Notes: generated from the letters alone by a model not told the origin. A DNA stretch of 64,000 bases from a virus (IMGVR_UViG_3300032295_004079:1-64000); one strand, 5' to 3'. Counted from the stretch's first letter, positions 1 to 10,997 are shown. Translations and numbers: made by a program.

Positions 1-3000
1 GACAATATAGCAATAGGATATCGTGCTCTTAGATATAACACAACAGGTAATAATAATGTCGCAATAGGATCTCGTGCACTATTTTGCAATCTTGTAGACA
101 ACAACACAGCAGTTGGTTTCTGTTCTTTAAGAAGTAATACTACTGGTACATACAATACAGCACTAGGACGTAGCGCCCTAGCTGCAAACACAACAGGTAA
201 TGGTAATACCGCCGCTGGTTTTTCTTCTCTAGGTTCAAATACAACAGGTGCTAGAAATACAGCAGTAGGATACTATTCATCTAGAGCAAATACCGTTGGC
301 ACAAACAACACCAGTATAGGTTGGGGCAGTATGTGTTGTAATACAGCATCTGGTAATACTGCTATAGGCACATACGCATTAAGAAGTAATACTACTGGTT
401 GTTCTAACGTTGCTGTAGGTAGAAGCGCATTAAGATCAAGTACTGCTAGATACTTAACAGCAGTAGGTGACAGAGCACTATATTCAAACACATCAGGCAC
501 AGGTAATTCTGCCTTTGGTAGAACAGCTTTATTTGCCAACACTACAGGCGCATTTAATACAGCAATTGGCTACTCAGCACTCCAGCAAAATACTGCAGGC
601 TCTAACAATACTGCTATAGGTACAAATGCTTTGTTATATAACGTAGCATCAAACAATACTGCCATAGGCATGAATGCCTTAGTAAATAATACTACAGGTA
701 CATATAACACAGCAGTTGGGGTTGTAGCATTAAGATATAACACAGCCTCAAACAACACAGCAATTGGTTCTTTTTCTCAAAGACTTACTACAACTGGTGC
801 TAGTAACACTTCAATGGGTGCTAGTAGTTTATTTAATAATACTACTGGATGTGGAAACGTAGCTATAGGAGTTGATACTTTATGTTTAAATACAGCCGGT
901 ACTAACAACACTGCTTTAGGTACATTTGCTTTAGTATCAAACACAGCATCAAACAACACAGCAGTAGGTTTCTGTTCTTTAAGAGCTAATACAACAGGAA
1001 TCAGTAACACTGCTGTAGGTGTACAATCATTAACTTGCAACACAGTAGGAGTAAATAACGCGGCATTCGGTCACGGAGCTCTTTTTAACAATACTACAGG
1101 ATATAACAATAATGCTTTTGGTAATTCAACCTTAGCAAATAATACAGCAGGCGCAAATAACGTAGCTGTTGGGCAAACTGCATTATATAAAAATACTACA
1201 GGTACTAACAACGTAGCTGTAGGTAGAGAAGCACTCGCACAAAATTTAGTTGGACAATCTAATACTGCTCTTGGAACAAGAGCTCTTGAATGCAACTTAG
1301 CATCAAACAACGTAGCAGTTGGTTTCTGTGCATTAAGAAGTAATACTACGGGTCCCTACAACACTGCTTTAGGTCATGCATCTTTAAGTGCAAACACAAC
1401 AGGTGCTAGAAATACAGCTGTTGGTAGAGCATCTTTAGCAGGTAATACTGTGGGTAGTGAAAACGTGTCTTTAGGATTTTACTCTCTACTTTATAATACT
1501 ACAGGCAACAACAACACTGCACTTGGTTCTCAAGCTCTTAGAGTAAACACAGCATCAAACAACACAGCAGTAGGTTTCTGTGCATTAAGAAATAATACTA
1601 CTGGTACTAGAAATGTTGCTTTAGGTTATATAGCTTTAGCAGCAAATACCACAGCTGTTGACAACACAGCTGTAGGATTTAGATCATTAAAATCAAATAC
1701 TACAGGTACAAGAAATACAGGAATTGGTGGATATGCTCTTGATGTTAATACAACAGGAGGCAGCAATACTGCACTTGGTTGGGCATCTCTTCTATCAAAT
1801 TCTACAGGTGGCAGTAATACAGCTCTAGGAGCAGATGCTTTAAGATATAATACAGCATCAAACAACACAGCAGTTGGTTTCTGTGCATTAAGAAGTAATA
1901 CTACGGGTGCATATAACACCGCTGTAGGTCTTACAGCCTTAAGTGGTAACTCTACAGGTATTAGAAATACAGCTTTAGGTAGTTGTGCCTTATTTACAAA
2001 TACAACAGGAGGATTTAACATAGCTTTAGGTTTTAGTGCACTAAGGCAAAATGCTACCGGTACCGCTAATATAGCAATTGGAGCTTGTTCTCTAATAAAT
2101 AATCTTGCGGGAAGCAATGTAGCTATTGGCCATCAAGCAGGCTTCTATAGTACAACAGCAACAAATAATACAATAGTTGGAACAGATGCTCTACAGAAAA
2201 ACGTAACAGGTAATAATAATACAGCTGTTGGAATGAATGCTTTATTCTCAAACCTAGCATCAAACAACACAGCAGTTGGTTTTTATTCTTTAAGAGCTAA
2301 TACTACTGGTACAGCAAACACAGCTCTAGGTAAAGAAACATTAAGAGCAAACACAATAGGAGGCTGTAACACCGCTATTGGGGACGGCGCTTTATTCTCT
2401 AACACAACAGGTGCACAAAATACAGCAGTCGGTCACTATGCTTTAGGCCAAAATGTAGTAGGTGCTAATAATACAGCTATAGGAAAATATTCACTAGCTG
2501 CTAACACAGCATCAAACAACACAGCAGTTGGTTTCTGTGCATTAAGAAGTAATACAACAGGTACCTTAAACACATCAGTTGGTGCTTTTGGTTTAAAATC
2601 CAATACAATAGGTAATAGAAATATAGCTGTCGGTAATGGTACATTATCTAACAATACTACAGGAAATGATAATATAGCAATAGGAGTAGCAGCTCTTTAT
2701 TACAATGTTGTAGGTACCAATAATACCGCAATAGGTAGACTTGCACTATATTGCAACACAGCATCAAACAACACAGCAGTTGGTTTCTGCGCATTAAGAA
2801 GTAATACAACTGGTACATTAAACACAGCACTAGGTGTATATTCTTTACAATCAAACACCACAGGCGTTTGTAATGTAGCTATAGGACACCAATCATTATG
2901 TTCAAATACAACTGGTACAGAAAACACCGCAGTTGGTTTAGGATCTCTTAGATTTAACACAATAGGTAACTCCAACACAGCTATTGGTAGAGGATCAATG

Positions 3001-6000
3001 TTCTGCAACACAACAGGAGTAAATAACGTAGCAGTAGGACATAGTAGTTTACAGTATAATACCGTAGGCACTAATAATACATCTTTAGGTTTCCAATCCC
3101 TATTTTGCAACACAGCATCAAACAACACAGCAGTTGGTTTCTGCGCATTAAGATTTAATACTACTGGCACACAAAACGTATCTGTTGGTACAACATCACT
3201 AACATCAAATACTGCGGGTTCATATAATGCAGCTTTAGGATTTAATGCCCTAAGAAATAATATCATTGGTACAAGAAATGTTGCTATTGGACACTCTGCT
3301 CTTTATGCTAATACAGCATCTGCTAATACAGCTGTAGGTTTTTATGCACTTCGACAAAGTACAGGTGGTGCTAACACAGGATTAGGATATCGTTCATTAA
3401 GAAGCAATACAACAGGAGCTTATAATACTGCAGTTGGTTCTGGTACCTTGGCCAATAACACTACTGCTCGCTACAACGTAGCAATGGGTCTTAACTCATT
3501 GTATGCTAATACAACAGGATGCAGGAATGTTGCTATGGGTACTGGAACACTACAATGTAATACTGCAGGTGTAAACAATACAGCAGTAGGTAATGGTGCT
3601 TTATTTAGTAATACTACAGGAGCATATAATGTCGCAATTGGATCTAGTGCTTTAGGTTCTAATACAACCGCTCGTTATAATATTGGAATAGGATTAAACG
3701 CATTAAGATGTAACACTACAGGATTTGAAAACATAGCTATTGGAGCCGGTGCTTTATTTAGTAATACAGTAGGATGCAGAAATACTAGTATTGGTTTAAA
3801 TTCTCTATTATCTAACGTATCTGGTAACTATAATGTTGCTTTAGGATGGTATTCATTACGTAACAACACAGCATCAAACAACACAGCAGTTGGTTTCTGT
3901 GCATTAAGAAGTAATACAACAGGTACAGCAAATACGGCTTTAGGTTTAGGGGCATTAAGAAGTAACACTACAGGAGGTTCTAATACTGCAGTAGGACAAT
4001 GTTCTTTAACTTCAAATACAACAGGAAAATACAATACTGCTATTGGATATGGCAGTATGAGATTAAATGTTGTTGGAGTTAACAATACTGCTTTAGGGTA
4101 CCAGTCTTTATTTTTCAACACAGCATCAAACAACACAGCAGTTGGTTTCTATGCATTAAGAAGTAATACTACTGGTACATACAATACAGCGCTTGGGCAT
4201 ACAACTTTAAGAAGTAATACAACAGGAGCTCGTAATATTGCTATAGGTTACAATTCTTCACGTTCAAATACAGTAGGTAGCAATAATGTATCTATAGGTT
4301 ATCAATCATTATTTTCTAATATATTAGGTGATAACAATATTTCAATTGGATTGTGTGCTTTATTTTCAAATACAGCATCAAACAACACAGCAGTTGGTGC
4401 AAGTGCATTAAAAGTTAATACTACTGGTACAGATAACGTAGCTGTTGGCTTTAATGCTTTAACAGCCAATACTGTTGGATTTAGAAATACAGCAGTAGGT
4501 AAAAGTGCTCTAGAAAGTAACGTAACAGGAAACCGTCTTGTAGCTATAGGTGAAAGAGCATTAAGAGCTAACACCGCTAATAATAATACAGGAGTAGGAG
4601 CTTATGCTTTATATTCCAATACTTCAGGTACTTACAATTCAGCATTAGGATTAAATTCTTTATTCTGCAATAGAACAGGTATTAATAATACAGCAGTTGG
4701 ACATTCTGCTTTAGAACAAAATATTGCAGGTAATAATAATACTGCTATAGGATTCCATTCCCTACTGGTAAACACAGCATCAAGCAATACATCAGTAGGT
4801 TTCTGCGCATTAAGAAGTAATACTACGGGTGCAACAAATACAGCAGTTGGTTCAGAAGCATTAAGATGTAATACAATAGGTGATCTCAATACAGCACTTG
4901 GTTCTAGTGCTTTAGAACAAAATACAACAGGTAGAGCAAATGTAGCTGTGGGGGTAAATGCATTAGCTTGTAATACTACAGGTAAGTATAACACAGCTCA
5001 TGGTTTGGCTGCTTTAAGACTTAACACAATAGGAGGGGGCAATACTGGTATAGGATTTTATGCCTTAAGAGCCAACACCGCATCAAACAACACAGCAGTT
5101 GGATTAAATGCTTTAGTAGCGAATACAACAGGTGCATATAACGTAGCAGTTGGGGCGGGTGCATTATCATCCAATACCGTAGGTCAACAAAATATTGCTA
5201 TGGGTAATAGTGCTTTAGCATGTAATACCGCAGGCATATTTAACGTATCTATAGGCACATCAGCACTTCAAACAAACAGTACAGGTAACAATAACGTTGC
5301 ACTTGGACATCAATCTTTATTTAGCAATACAGCAGGTAATAACACAGCAGTAGGAACATATGCTCTTCGCCAAAATACAGCAGCTAATAACACAGCAGTT
5401 GGTTTCTGTGCATTAAGAGCTAATACTACTGGTACACTAAACACTGCAATTGGCTTATGCGCTTTAGCAGCTAACACAAATGCTTCTCTTACTACCGCTA
5501 TTGGAGCTTATGCTTTACGTTCCAATTGTGCCTTGTCCCTATCCTGTGACAATTTTGGCAATACCGCAGTAGGATCTAGATCCTTATGTTCAAATACAGT
5601 TGGACAACTTAATACCGCAGTAGGTGTAGATGCACTTTGCACTAACACATCAGGATGTTGGAACACAGCATTAGGTCAATCTGCAATGGGTGGTAACACA
5701 ACAGGAGGATGCAATACCGCAGTGGGTGGAAGAGCACTTAATGCTAACACAATAGGAATAAACAACACCGCGGTAGGTCAAGAAACACTTTGTTCTAATA
5801 CAACAGGTATTAATAATACTGCAATAGGTGCATGTTCACTTTTCTCCAATGTATCAGGAGCATGTAACACCGCAGTAGGTGAAGAAGCACTAAGAAATAA
5901 TGCTGTAGGTAATTTTAATACTGCTTTAGGATATCAAGCGCTATTCTGTAATATAGCATCATGTAACACAGCAGTTGGATTCTGTTCCCTAAGATGTAAC

Positions 6001-6645
6001 ACATCAGGATTTTGGAATACAGCATTAGGTTGGTGTTCTTTACCACTTAATAGCACAGGATGTTTTAATACCGCAATAGGTGTAAATGCTCTTGCAGCTA
6101 ATACAACAGGTTTAGCTAATATTGCAATTGGTGTTGGCGCTCAATGTTCTTTAGGACAAGGTATAAATGATACAATAGCTGTAGGATGTGGAGCTCTAAC
6201 TTCCTCAACAACTGGTCATACTGTTTGGGGAACTGCAGGTGTTAATTGTCGTTGTAACTGTGTTTACGTAGCATGGTCTCTCGCTTCTGACTGCCGTGAC
6301 AAAACCAACATTCAAACATTATCCCCTAAAATGGGTCTTGATTTGATCAAGAAACTACGTCCTGTAGCCTTCAATTGGGACTATAGAGATACTTATGTTC
6401 GTGAGTGTAGCTATGAGTATGGAAAAAAAGATGGCACATTAACTGGTACAAAAGAACATTACGGTTTAATTGCACAAGAATTAAAGCAAACGCTAGATGA
6501 ACTAAACGTTAAATTCGATGGTTTAGGTCATGATCCCGAAAAAGATGCGTATCGAATAACATACGAGGAACTAATCGCCCCAATCATCAAAGCAATACAA
6601 GAATTAAACACTAGATTAGAAGTAGTAGAAGAAAAGGTTGGATAA
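1..6645 (+). CDS. Giant repeat-rich tail fibre/adhesin with C-terminal intramolecular chaperone (peptidase S74-like); 5' end lies upstream of the window
   Basis: Frame +1 is open from base 1 (DNIAIGYRALRYNTTG...), so 331 is not the true start. Built of 17-aa N-x-A-x-G-x-x-A-L-x-x-N-T-T-G units. Ends with SDCRDK (nt 6286) ... GLIAQE ... coiled coil, typical of S74 chaperones. Confidence 0.9.
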   Translation, partial: DNIAIGYRALRYNTTGNNNVAIGSRALFCNLVDNNTAVGFCSLRSNTTGTYNTALGRSALAANTTGNGNTAAGFSSLGSNTTGARNTAVGYYSSRANTVGTNNTSIGWGSMCCNTASGNTAIGTYALRSNTTGCSNVAVGRSALRSSTARYLTAVGDRALYSNTSGTGNSAFGRTALFANTTGAFNTAIGYSALQQNTAGSNNTAIGTNALLYNVASNNTAIGMNALVNNTTGTYNTAVGVVALRYNTASNNTAIGSFSQRLTTTGASNTSMGASSLFNNTTGCGNVAIGVDTLCLNTAGTNNTALGTFALVSNTASNNTAVGFCSLRANTTGISNTAVGVQSLTCNTVGVNNAAFGHGALFNNTTGYNNNAFGNSTLANNTAGANNVAVGQTALYKNTTGTNNVAVGREALAQNLVGQSNTALGTRALECNLASNNVAVGFCALRSNTTGPYNTALGHASLSANTTGARNTAVGRASLAGNTVGSENVSLGFYSLLYNTTGNNNTALGSQALRVNTASNNTAVGFCALRNNTTGTRNVALGYIALAANTTAVDNTAVGFRSLKSNTTGTRNTGIGGYALDVNTTGGSNTALGWASLLSNSTGGSNTALGADALRYNTASNNTAVGFCALRSNTTGAYNTAVGLTALSGNSTGIRNTALGSCALFTNTTGGFNIALGFSALRQNATGTANIAIGACSLINNLAGSNVAIGHQAGFYSTTATNNTIVGTDALQKNVTGNNNTAVGMNALFSNLASNNTAVGFYSLRANTTGTANTALGKETLRANTIGGCNTAIGDGALFSNTTGAQNTAVGHYALGQNVVGANNTAIGKYSLAANTASNNTAVGFCALRSNTTGTLNTSVGAFGLKSNTIGNRNIAVGNGTLSNNTTGNDNIAIGVAALYYNVVGTNNTAIGRLALYCNTASNNTAVGFCALRSNTTGTLNTALGVYSLQSNTTGVCNVAIGHQSLCSNTTGTENTAVGLGSLRFNTIGNSNTAIGRGSMFCNTTGVNNVAVGHSSLQYNTVGTNNTSLGFQSLFCNTASNNTAVGFCALRFNTTGTQNVSVGTTSLTSNTAGSYNAALGFNALRNNIIGTRNVAIGHSALYANTASANTAVGFYALRQSTGGANTGLGYRSLRSNTTGAYNTAVGSGTLANNTTARYNVAMGLNSLYANTTGCRNVAMGTGTLQCNTAGVNNTAVGNGALFSNTTGAYNVAIGSSALGSNTTARYNIGIGLNALRCNTTGFENIAIGAGALFSNTVGCRNTSIGLNSLLSNVSGNYNVALGWYSLRNNTASNNTAVGFCALRSNTTGTANTALGLGALRSNTTGGSNTAVGQCSLTSNTTGKYNTAIGYGSMRLNVVGVNNTALGYQSLFFNTASNNTAVGFYALRSNTTGTYNTALGHTTLRSNTTGARNIAIGYNSSRSNTVGSNNVSIGYQSLFSNILGDNNISIGLCALFSNTASNNTAVGASALKVNTTGTDNVAVGFNALTANTVGFRNTAVGKSALESNVTGNRLVAIGERALRANTANNNTGVGAYALYSNTSGTYNSALGLNSLFCNRTGINNTAVGHSALEQNIAGNNNTAIGFHSLLVNTASSNTSVGFCALRSNTTGATNTAVGSEALRCNTIGDLNTALGSSALEQNTTGRANVAVGVNALACNTTGKYNTAHGLAALRLNTIGGGNTGIGFYALRANTASNNTAVGLNALVANTTGAYNVAVGAGALSSNTVGQQNIAMGNSALACNTAGIFNVSIGTSALQTNSTGNNNVALGHQSLFSNTAGNNTAVGTYALRQNTAANNTAVGFCALRANTTGTLNTAIGLCALAANTNASLTTAIGAYALRSNCALSLSCDNFGNTAVGSRSLCSNTVGQLNTAVGVDALCTNTSGCWNTALGQSAMGGNTTGGCNTAVGGRALNANTIGINNTAVGQETLCSNTTGINNTAIGACSLFSNVSGACNTAVGEEALRNNAVGNFNTALGYQALFCNIASCNTAVGFCSLRCNTSGFWNTALGWCSLPLNSTGCFNTAIGVNALAANTTGLANIAIGVGAQCSLGQGINDTIAVGCGALTSSTTGHTVWGTAGVNCRCNCVYVAWSLASDCRDKTNIQTLSPKMGLDLIKKLRPVAFNWDYRDTYVRECSYEYGKKDGTLTGTKEHYGLIAQELKQTLDELNVKFDGLGHDPEKDAYRITYEELIAPIIKAIQELNTRLEVVEEKVG
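940..5130 (+). repeat. Dispersed near-identical DNA repeat inside the tail fibre (NTASNNTAVGFCALRSNT block)
   Basis: aacacagcatcaaacaacacagcagttggtttctgYgcattaagaagtaatac-like copies start at 940, 1294, 1546, 1849, 2251, 2503, 2755, 3109, 3865, 4117, 4369, 4771 and 5074. Confidence 0.9.
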
Positions 6646-6668
6646 CCAAAAAAAATATATTACATTTA
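6638..6668 (+). promoter_or_regulatory. Promoter TTG-N20-TACATTTA (Bacteroidota -33/-7 type)
   Basis: TTG at 6638-6640, 20-nt spacer, TACATTTA at 6661-6668. The same geometry recurs across the window. Confidence 0.65.
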
Positions 6669-6672
6669 AGTT

Positions 6673-7329
6673 ATGCGAAGAGTTCTAATAGGTACACCAT
6701 CATACGATGGTAGAATTGATGTGTGGTTTGCTAACTCCTTAGTTAGCACTGTAAAAATAGCCGAGAAAAAAGGTATATTTGTACATGCAATCTACACCTC
6801 ATACGATTCATTAATACAACGTGCACGAAATAGTCTATTCCGCCTTGCTTTGCAAGGTGGATATGATGATCTATTTTTTATCGATTCAGATTGTGAGTGG
6901 GAACCAGAATGGTTCTTTAACCTGCTGGATCGGCCAGAACCAATTGTAGGTGGGGCACTAATCAAAAAATCCGAAAAAGAAGGCTATACCGTAAAGCTAA
7001 CAGACAAACAATTAAAATATTCCCAAGACAAAAAATTAATAGAGGTTGATGGTGTAGGCACAGGCTTCATGAAAGTATCTAGATTTGCACTAGAAAAATT
7101 ATGGGATATGTCCGATCCATACATGTCTGAAGGTGAAGAACATAGGATGATATGTGATATTAAAGTTGAAAACGGAGATTTGATATCCGAGGACTACGTA
7201 ATAGCAAACAAATGGAAATCACTAGGCTACAAAATATGGCTAGATCCCACAATTACACTCAACCATATAGGCGTTAAAAAATATACAGGCGATTTTGCCA
7301 AATTCATTAAAAATATAGGATATGAATGA
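6673..7329 (+). CDS. GT-A fold glycosyltransferase-like protein
   Basis: IGTPSY start, RARN, FIDSD (DxD), GTGFM, SEDY and IWLDP...H motifs. Confidence 0.75.
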   Translation: MRRVLIGTPSYDGRIDVWFANSLVSTVKIAEKKGIFVHAIYTSYDSLIQRARNSLFRLALQGGYDDLFFIDSDCEWEPEWFFNLLDRPEPIVGGALIKKSEKEGYTVKLTDKQLKYSQDKKLIEVDGVGTGFMKVSRFALEKLWDMSDPYMSEGEEHRMICDIKVENGDLISEDYVIANKWKSLGYKIWLDPTITLNHIGVKKYTGDFAKFIKNIGYE

Positions 7330-8311
7330 TAAACCAATGGGCGGAACAGAGTTGATGTATGAGGAGTTAATGAAACACCTTCCTCAAGAATACAAAGACA
7401 AATTCTCTATATACAACTATCCAGCATACGCTGATGAAACCAAACATAACATATATTGGAACCAATTATCGTACGATCAAAATATAGTTCAATTTTTAAA
7501 GGAACCGTCCAACGTAGATAAAATCGACAATTTTGTGTTTGTATCACATTGGCAATCCGAGCAGTTCCGTAAAATATATAACGTCCCGGGCTACAAAACC
7601 CAAGTAATGAAAAACGCGTGCATTGACGTGAAACAACGAAAAGCAGGTCCTAGAGAAAAAGTAAAACTATACTATGCCTCTACACCTTGGAGAGGATTGG
7701 ACGTGCTATTGCAAGCATGGGAATTAGCAAATACTACAGATTGTGAACTACACGTATTTTCTAGTACAAAAATATACGGTAAAGATTTTGCAGTCAACAA
7801 CGAAAACTACTACCAAGAATTATATGACAAATGCGAGGCACTAGAAGGGGTAGTGTACAGAGGTACAGTATCAAACGAGGAACTTCGCAACGAGCTTCCA
7901 ACATTTGATATACTAGCCTACCCAAACACATTTGAGGAAACCTCGTGCATAGCAGTAATTGAGGCATTATCCGCTGGTTTAAGAGTTGTGTGTCCAAATC
8001 TAGGAGCACTACCCGAAACTACAGAAGGATGGGCTCGAATGTATCCATATTTAGCAAACCCAAAGCTACATGCTTTGTATTTTGCAGATATATTGGAAGA
8101 GGAAATAAACAAAATTAAAAGCGGAGAGCTAGATGCACATCTAGAGCTTCAAAAACAAGTATATGCTCCACGGTGGAGCTGGAGCCAAAGGATAAACGAA
8201 TGGATAAGCTATTTAAGTACATTAACCCCGAAAAAGCAATTGACGTTGGAGCCAATATCGGAGATTTTACAAGACAACTTACCAACCGAAATCCCAACTG
8301 CAGGGTTGTAA
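7322..8311 (+). CDS. GT-B (family 4-like) glycosyltransferase
   Basis: GGTE N-terminus, STPWRGL, FEETSCIAVIEA (E-x7-E) and GALPET motifs. Confidence 0.8.
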   Translation: MNDKPMGGTELMYEELMKHLPQEYKDKFSIYNYPAYADETKHNIYWNQLSYDQNIVQFLKEPSNVDKIDNFVFVSHWQSEQFRKIYNVPGYKTQVMKNACIDVKQRKAGPREKVKLYYASTPWRGLDVLLQAWELANTTDCELHVFSSTKIYGKDFAVNNENYYQELYDKCEALEGVVYRGTVSNEELRNELPTFDILAYPNTFEETSCIAVIEALSAGLRVVCPNLGALPETTEGWARMYPYLANPKLHALYFADILEEEINKIKSGELDAHLELQKQVYAPRWSWSQRINEWISYLSTLTPKKQLTLEPISEILQDNLPTEIPTAGL

Positions 8312-8799
8312 TGGTTGAAGCCAATCCTAGTTGTGAATCCCATCTAAGATTGTTAAATAGACCGTACGAAATAGTAGCACTATCCGATAAAGAAGGATAC
8401 GCTGATTTATATGTTGAAACTATTAATCCCATAGCAACCGGTGCTTCTTTATACAAAGAAAACACAGAGTGGTATGGAGAAGGAAAATATAAAACTATAA
8501 AAGTACCAACCTCAACATTGGATGCTAAAAATTATTTCCCCAACCAATCTATAGATCTACTCAAATTAGACACTCAGGGAGCAGAATTAGATATATTAAA
8601 CGGAGGACAAGAAACATTAAAACGTACACAATATGCTTTAATAGAAACTTCACTAGCAGAATACAATCAAGGTGCTCCTATGATCGATAAAATAGTAGAT
8701 AAAATGAACGAATGTGGATTTCATATAATTGATATAATAGAGTACCATATTTATAATGGATTAATTTTCCAACTAGACATTCTATTTAAGAAAAACTAA
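8200..8799 (+). CDS. FkbM-family SAM-dependent methyltransferase
   Basis: IDVGANIG, VEAN and LKLDTQGAEL motifs. ATG at 8200 preferred over the GTG at 8173. Confidence 0.85.
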   Translation: MDKLFKYINPEKAIDVGANIGDFTRQLTNRNPNCRVVMVEANPSCESHLRLLNRPYEIVALSDKEGYADLYVETINPIATGASLYKENTEWYGEGKYKTIKVPTSTLDAKNYFPNQSIDLLKLDTQGAELDILNGGQETLKRTQYALIETSLAEYNQGAPMIDKIVDKMNECGFHIIDIIEYHIYNGLIFQLDILFKKN

Positions 8800-8832
8800 T
8801 ATTTATAATAAACCTTTAAACACAATAAAACT

Positions 8833-9177
8833 ATGATCTTTGGTCAAATCAATCCTGTACTTAGCATGGTTAAACAGGATACTCTATTTAACCCAACACC
8901 AGAATTTATCACTGGTTCTTACATGACTGCCGTTGCAAACCAATATGCCTTAGGTGCTCATCAAGTAAATTTCCGCGTAATGTACGGAGAATGTATCTTT
9001 GAAAGCGGAAGCGTAGTAGACTTTAAAGTTATCCATGCAGACAATGTAGTACTTTCTGGTAGCGCTATTGAAACTTGGGGAACAGATGATTCTATTATTT
9101 TAGAAGCTATTGCTGAAGAGCAAGGAACTACTGTTGATGCTATTGTATCTGGTAGCATGAAGAACGGTATGTTCTAA
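8833..9177 (+). CDS. Hypothetical, probably virion-associated protein
   Basis: Preceded by ATATTTATAA (8799). Four [S/T]GS triplets in 114 aa. Confidence 0.6.
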   Translation: MIFGQINPVLSMVKQDTLFNPTPEFITGSYMTAVANQYALGAHQVNFRVMYGECIFESGSVVDFKVIHADNVVLSGSAIETWGTDDSIILEAIAEEQGTTVDAIVSGSMKNGMF

Positions 9178-9206
9178 TATAATTTACAAACTATTTATAC
9201 AAAGTT

Positions 9207-10028
9207 ATGCTTAAAAAAGTGTTTTATAATAGCTCTTTACCAAGAGCAGGTTCTACTTTAATCCAAAATATACTAGGACAGAATCCAGACATCCATACAA
9301 CCCCAACATCGGGGTTGTTTGAGATGATGACTACATGCCGAACATTGTTTTCAAATGGACTTGAATTTAAAGCTCAAGATGAAAAACAAATGGAAAACGG
9401 CTTTAAAGGATTCTTGAAAGAAGGTATTTACGGATTTTACAACAATATCACAGACAAACCCTACGTTGTAGATAAATCTAGGGGTTGGGGAATGGAACGC
9501 GACTTTATAAACGCGTACGACCCCAACCCCAAAATTATCTGCATGGTGCGAGATCTTAGAGCCATCTATGCTTCTTTAGAAAAGAAATACAGAAGCAATC
9601 CACTAGTAGAAACCAACATTGCAAATTGGGGAGATTTAACAGGAACTACTACAGACAAACGTATGCTAGTTTGGGCTAATAATCCACCAATAGGTCCTTC
9701 AATGGACAGACTATACCAAACATTGGTAGCAGGAACCCACCAACATATTCTATTCGTTAAATTTGAAGAACTATGTATAGATCCAGAATCTCAAATGAAA
9801 CGTATCTACGATTATCTAGAAATTCCATATTTCAAACACGACTTTGACAATATTGAACAAGTAACCTATGAAGACGACAAATGGTATGGTATATTTGGGG
9901 ATCACGTTATTAGAGGTAAATTGAAGCCTGTTAAAAACGATTTCTACGAGGTACTAGGGCCAAATGCATGTAGAATAATTGAAGAAAACAATAGATGGTT
10001 CTTTAACGATTTCGGATATCAAATATAA
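9207..10028 (+). CDS. PAPS-dependent sulfotransferase family protein
   Basis: SLPRAGSTL (5'-PSB loop), RDLRAIYAS (3'-PB) and FEEL..DP....RI..YL motifs. Confidence 0.85.
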   Translation: MLKKVFYNSSLPRAGSTLIQNILGQNPDIHTTPTSGLFEMMTTCRTLFSNGLEFKAQDEKQMENGFKGFLKEGIYGFYNNITDKPYVVDKSRGWGMERDFINAYDPNPKIICMVRDLRAIYASLEKKYRSNPLVETNIANWGDLTGTTTDKRMLVWANNPPIGPSMDRLYQTLVAGTHQHILFVKFEELCIDPESQMKRIYDYLEIPYFKHDFDNIEQVTYEDDKWYGIFGDHVIRGKLKPVKNDFYEVLGPNACRIIEENNRWFFNDFGYQI

Positions 10029-10034
10029 AAAAAA

Positions 10035-10997
10035 ATGAATATAGGTTACAAGACAGAAACAGATCTCTTAAAAGAAGAAAAATTGGCGGTTCTAGAAGAC
10101 AAATCAAGCAATAGCACCAAATATGTTGTATGGCATATTGAAGGTGGATTAGGTAAAAATGTAGCAGCTACAGCTCTTATCTCTTCAATAAAACAAAAAC
10201 ACCCAGATAGAAAATTAATCCTTGTGGTATCTTACCCAGAAGTATTTCTAAATCACCCAGATATTCACAGGGTGTATAGAGTAGGTATGACCACGTATTT
10301 TTACGATGATTATATTAAAGATAAAGATACAATTGTGTTTAAACACGAACCGTATTTTCAATCTGATCACATAATGCGTAAAAAGCATTTGATCGAAAAC
10401 TGGTGCGATCTGTTAGGAGTTAAATTCGAAAAACAATTGCCTATTTTGTATCCAAACATGATACAAAAAGATATGGCATATGGTTGGAAACGGGATAAAC
10501 CTACTATGATTTTGCATACCAATGGAGGTCCGCTTCAACAAAACTCACTATATTCTTGGACTCGAGATATGCCATATGGTGTAGCCCAAGCTATTGCTGA
10601 AAAATACTCAAACAAATATCACATTATCCAAATAGGTAGAGATGAAAGACAAGCAGTACCTGGAGTAGAGTTTGTAAATGTTCAAATGACCAACCACGAG
10701 CTATTCAGCATGCTAGTTTTATCGGACAAACGCGTATTAATCGATTCAAGTTTACAACATGCGGCTGCCGCAATGCAATTAAAATCAACAGTATTGTGGG
10801 TAGGCACATCTCCTAAAAACTTTGGATACGAAATGCACTCCAATATTGTAGCTAATCCACCTAAAGGTAATGTAAAGATGATTGATTCTTATTTGTTTGA
10901 TTACTCTTTTGATGGTATAATACATGAATGTCCTTATATGGATATAAATGAAATGTTTAATATTAACGATATCTTTAAATCAATAGATAAACAATGA
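10035..10997 (+). CDS. GT9-like (heptosyltransferase-type) glycosyltransferase
   Basis: GGLGK near the N-terminus and IDSSLQHAAAA...VLW motif. Confidence 0.7.
   Translation: MNIGYKTETDLLKEEKLAVLEDKSSNSTKYVVWHIEGGLGKNVAATALISSIKQKHPDRKLILVVSYPEVFLNHPDIHRVYRVGMTTYFYDDYIKDKDTIVFKHEPYFQSDHIMRKKHLIENWCDLLGVKFEKQLPILYPNMIQKDMAYGWKRDKPTMILHTNGGPLQQNSLYSWTRDMPYGVAQAIAEKYSNKYHIIQIGRDERQAVPGVEFVNVQMTNHELFSMLVLSDKRVLIDSSLQHAAAAMQLKSTVLWVGTSPKNFGYEMHSNIVANPPKGNVKMIDSYLFDYSFDGIIHECPYMDINEMFNINDIFKSIDKQ

Noticed and set aside
273-4994. Many minus-strand ORFs over the tail fibre
   Set aside because: Antisense shadows of a repetitive coding strand, with no independent signals.
940-5130. Repeats as a CRISPR array
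   Set aside because: Copies are in frame within a protein, spacers are 200 nt or longer and themselves repetitive, and no cas genes are present.
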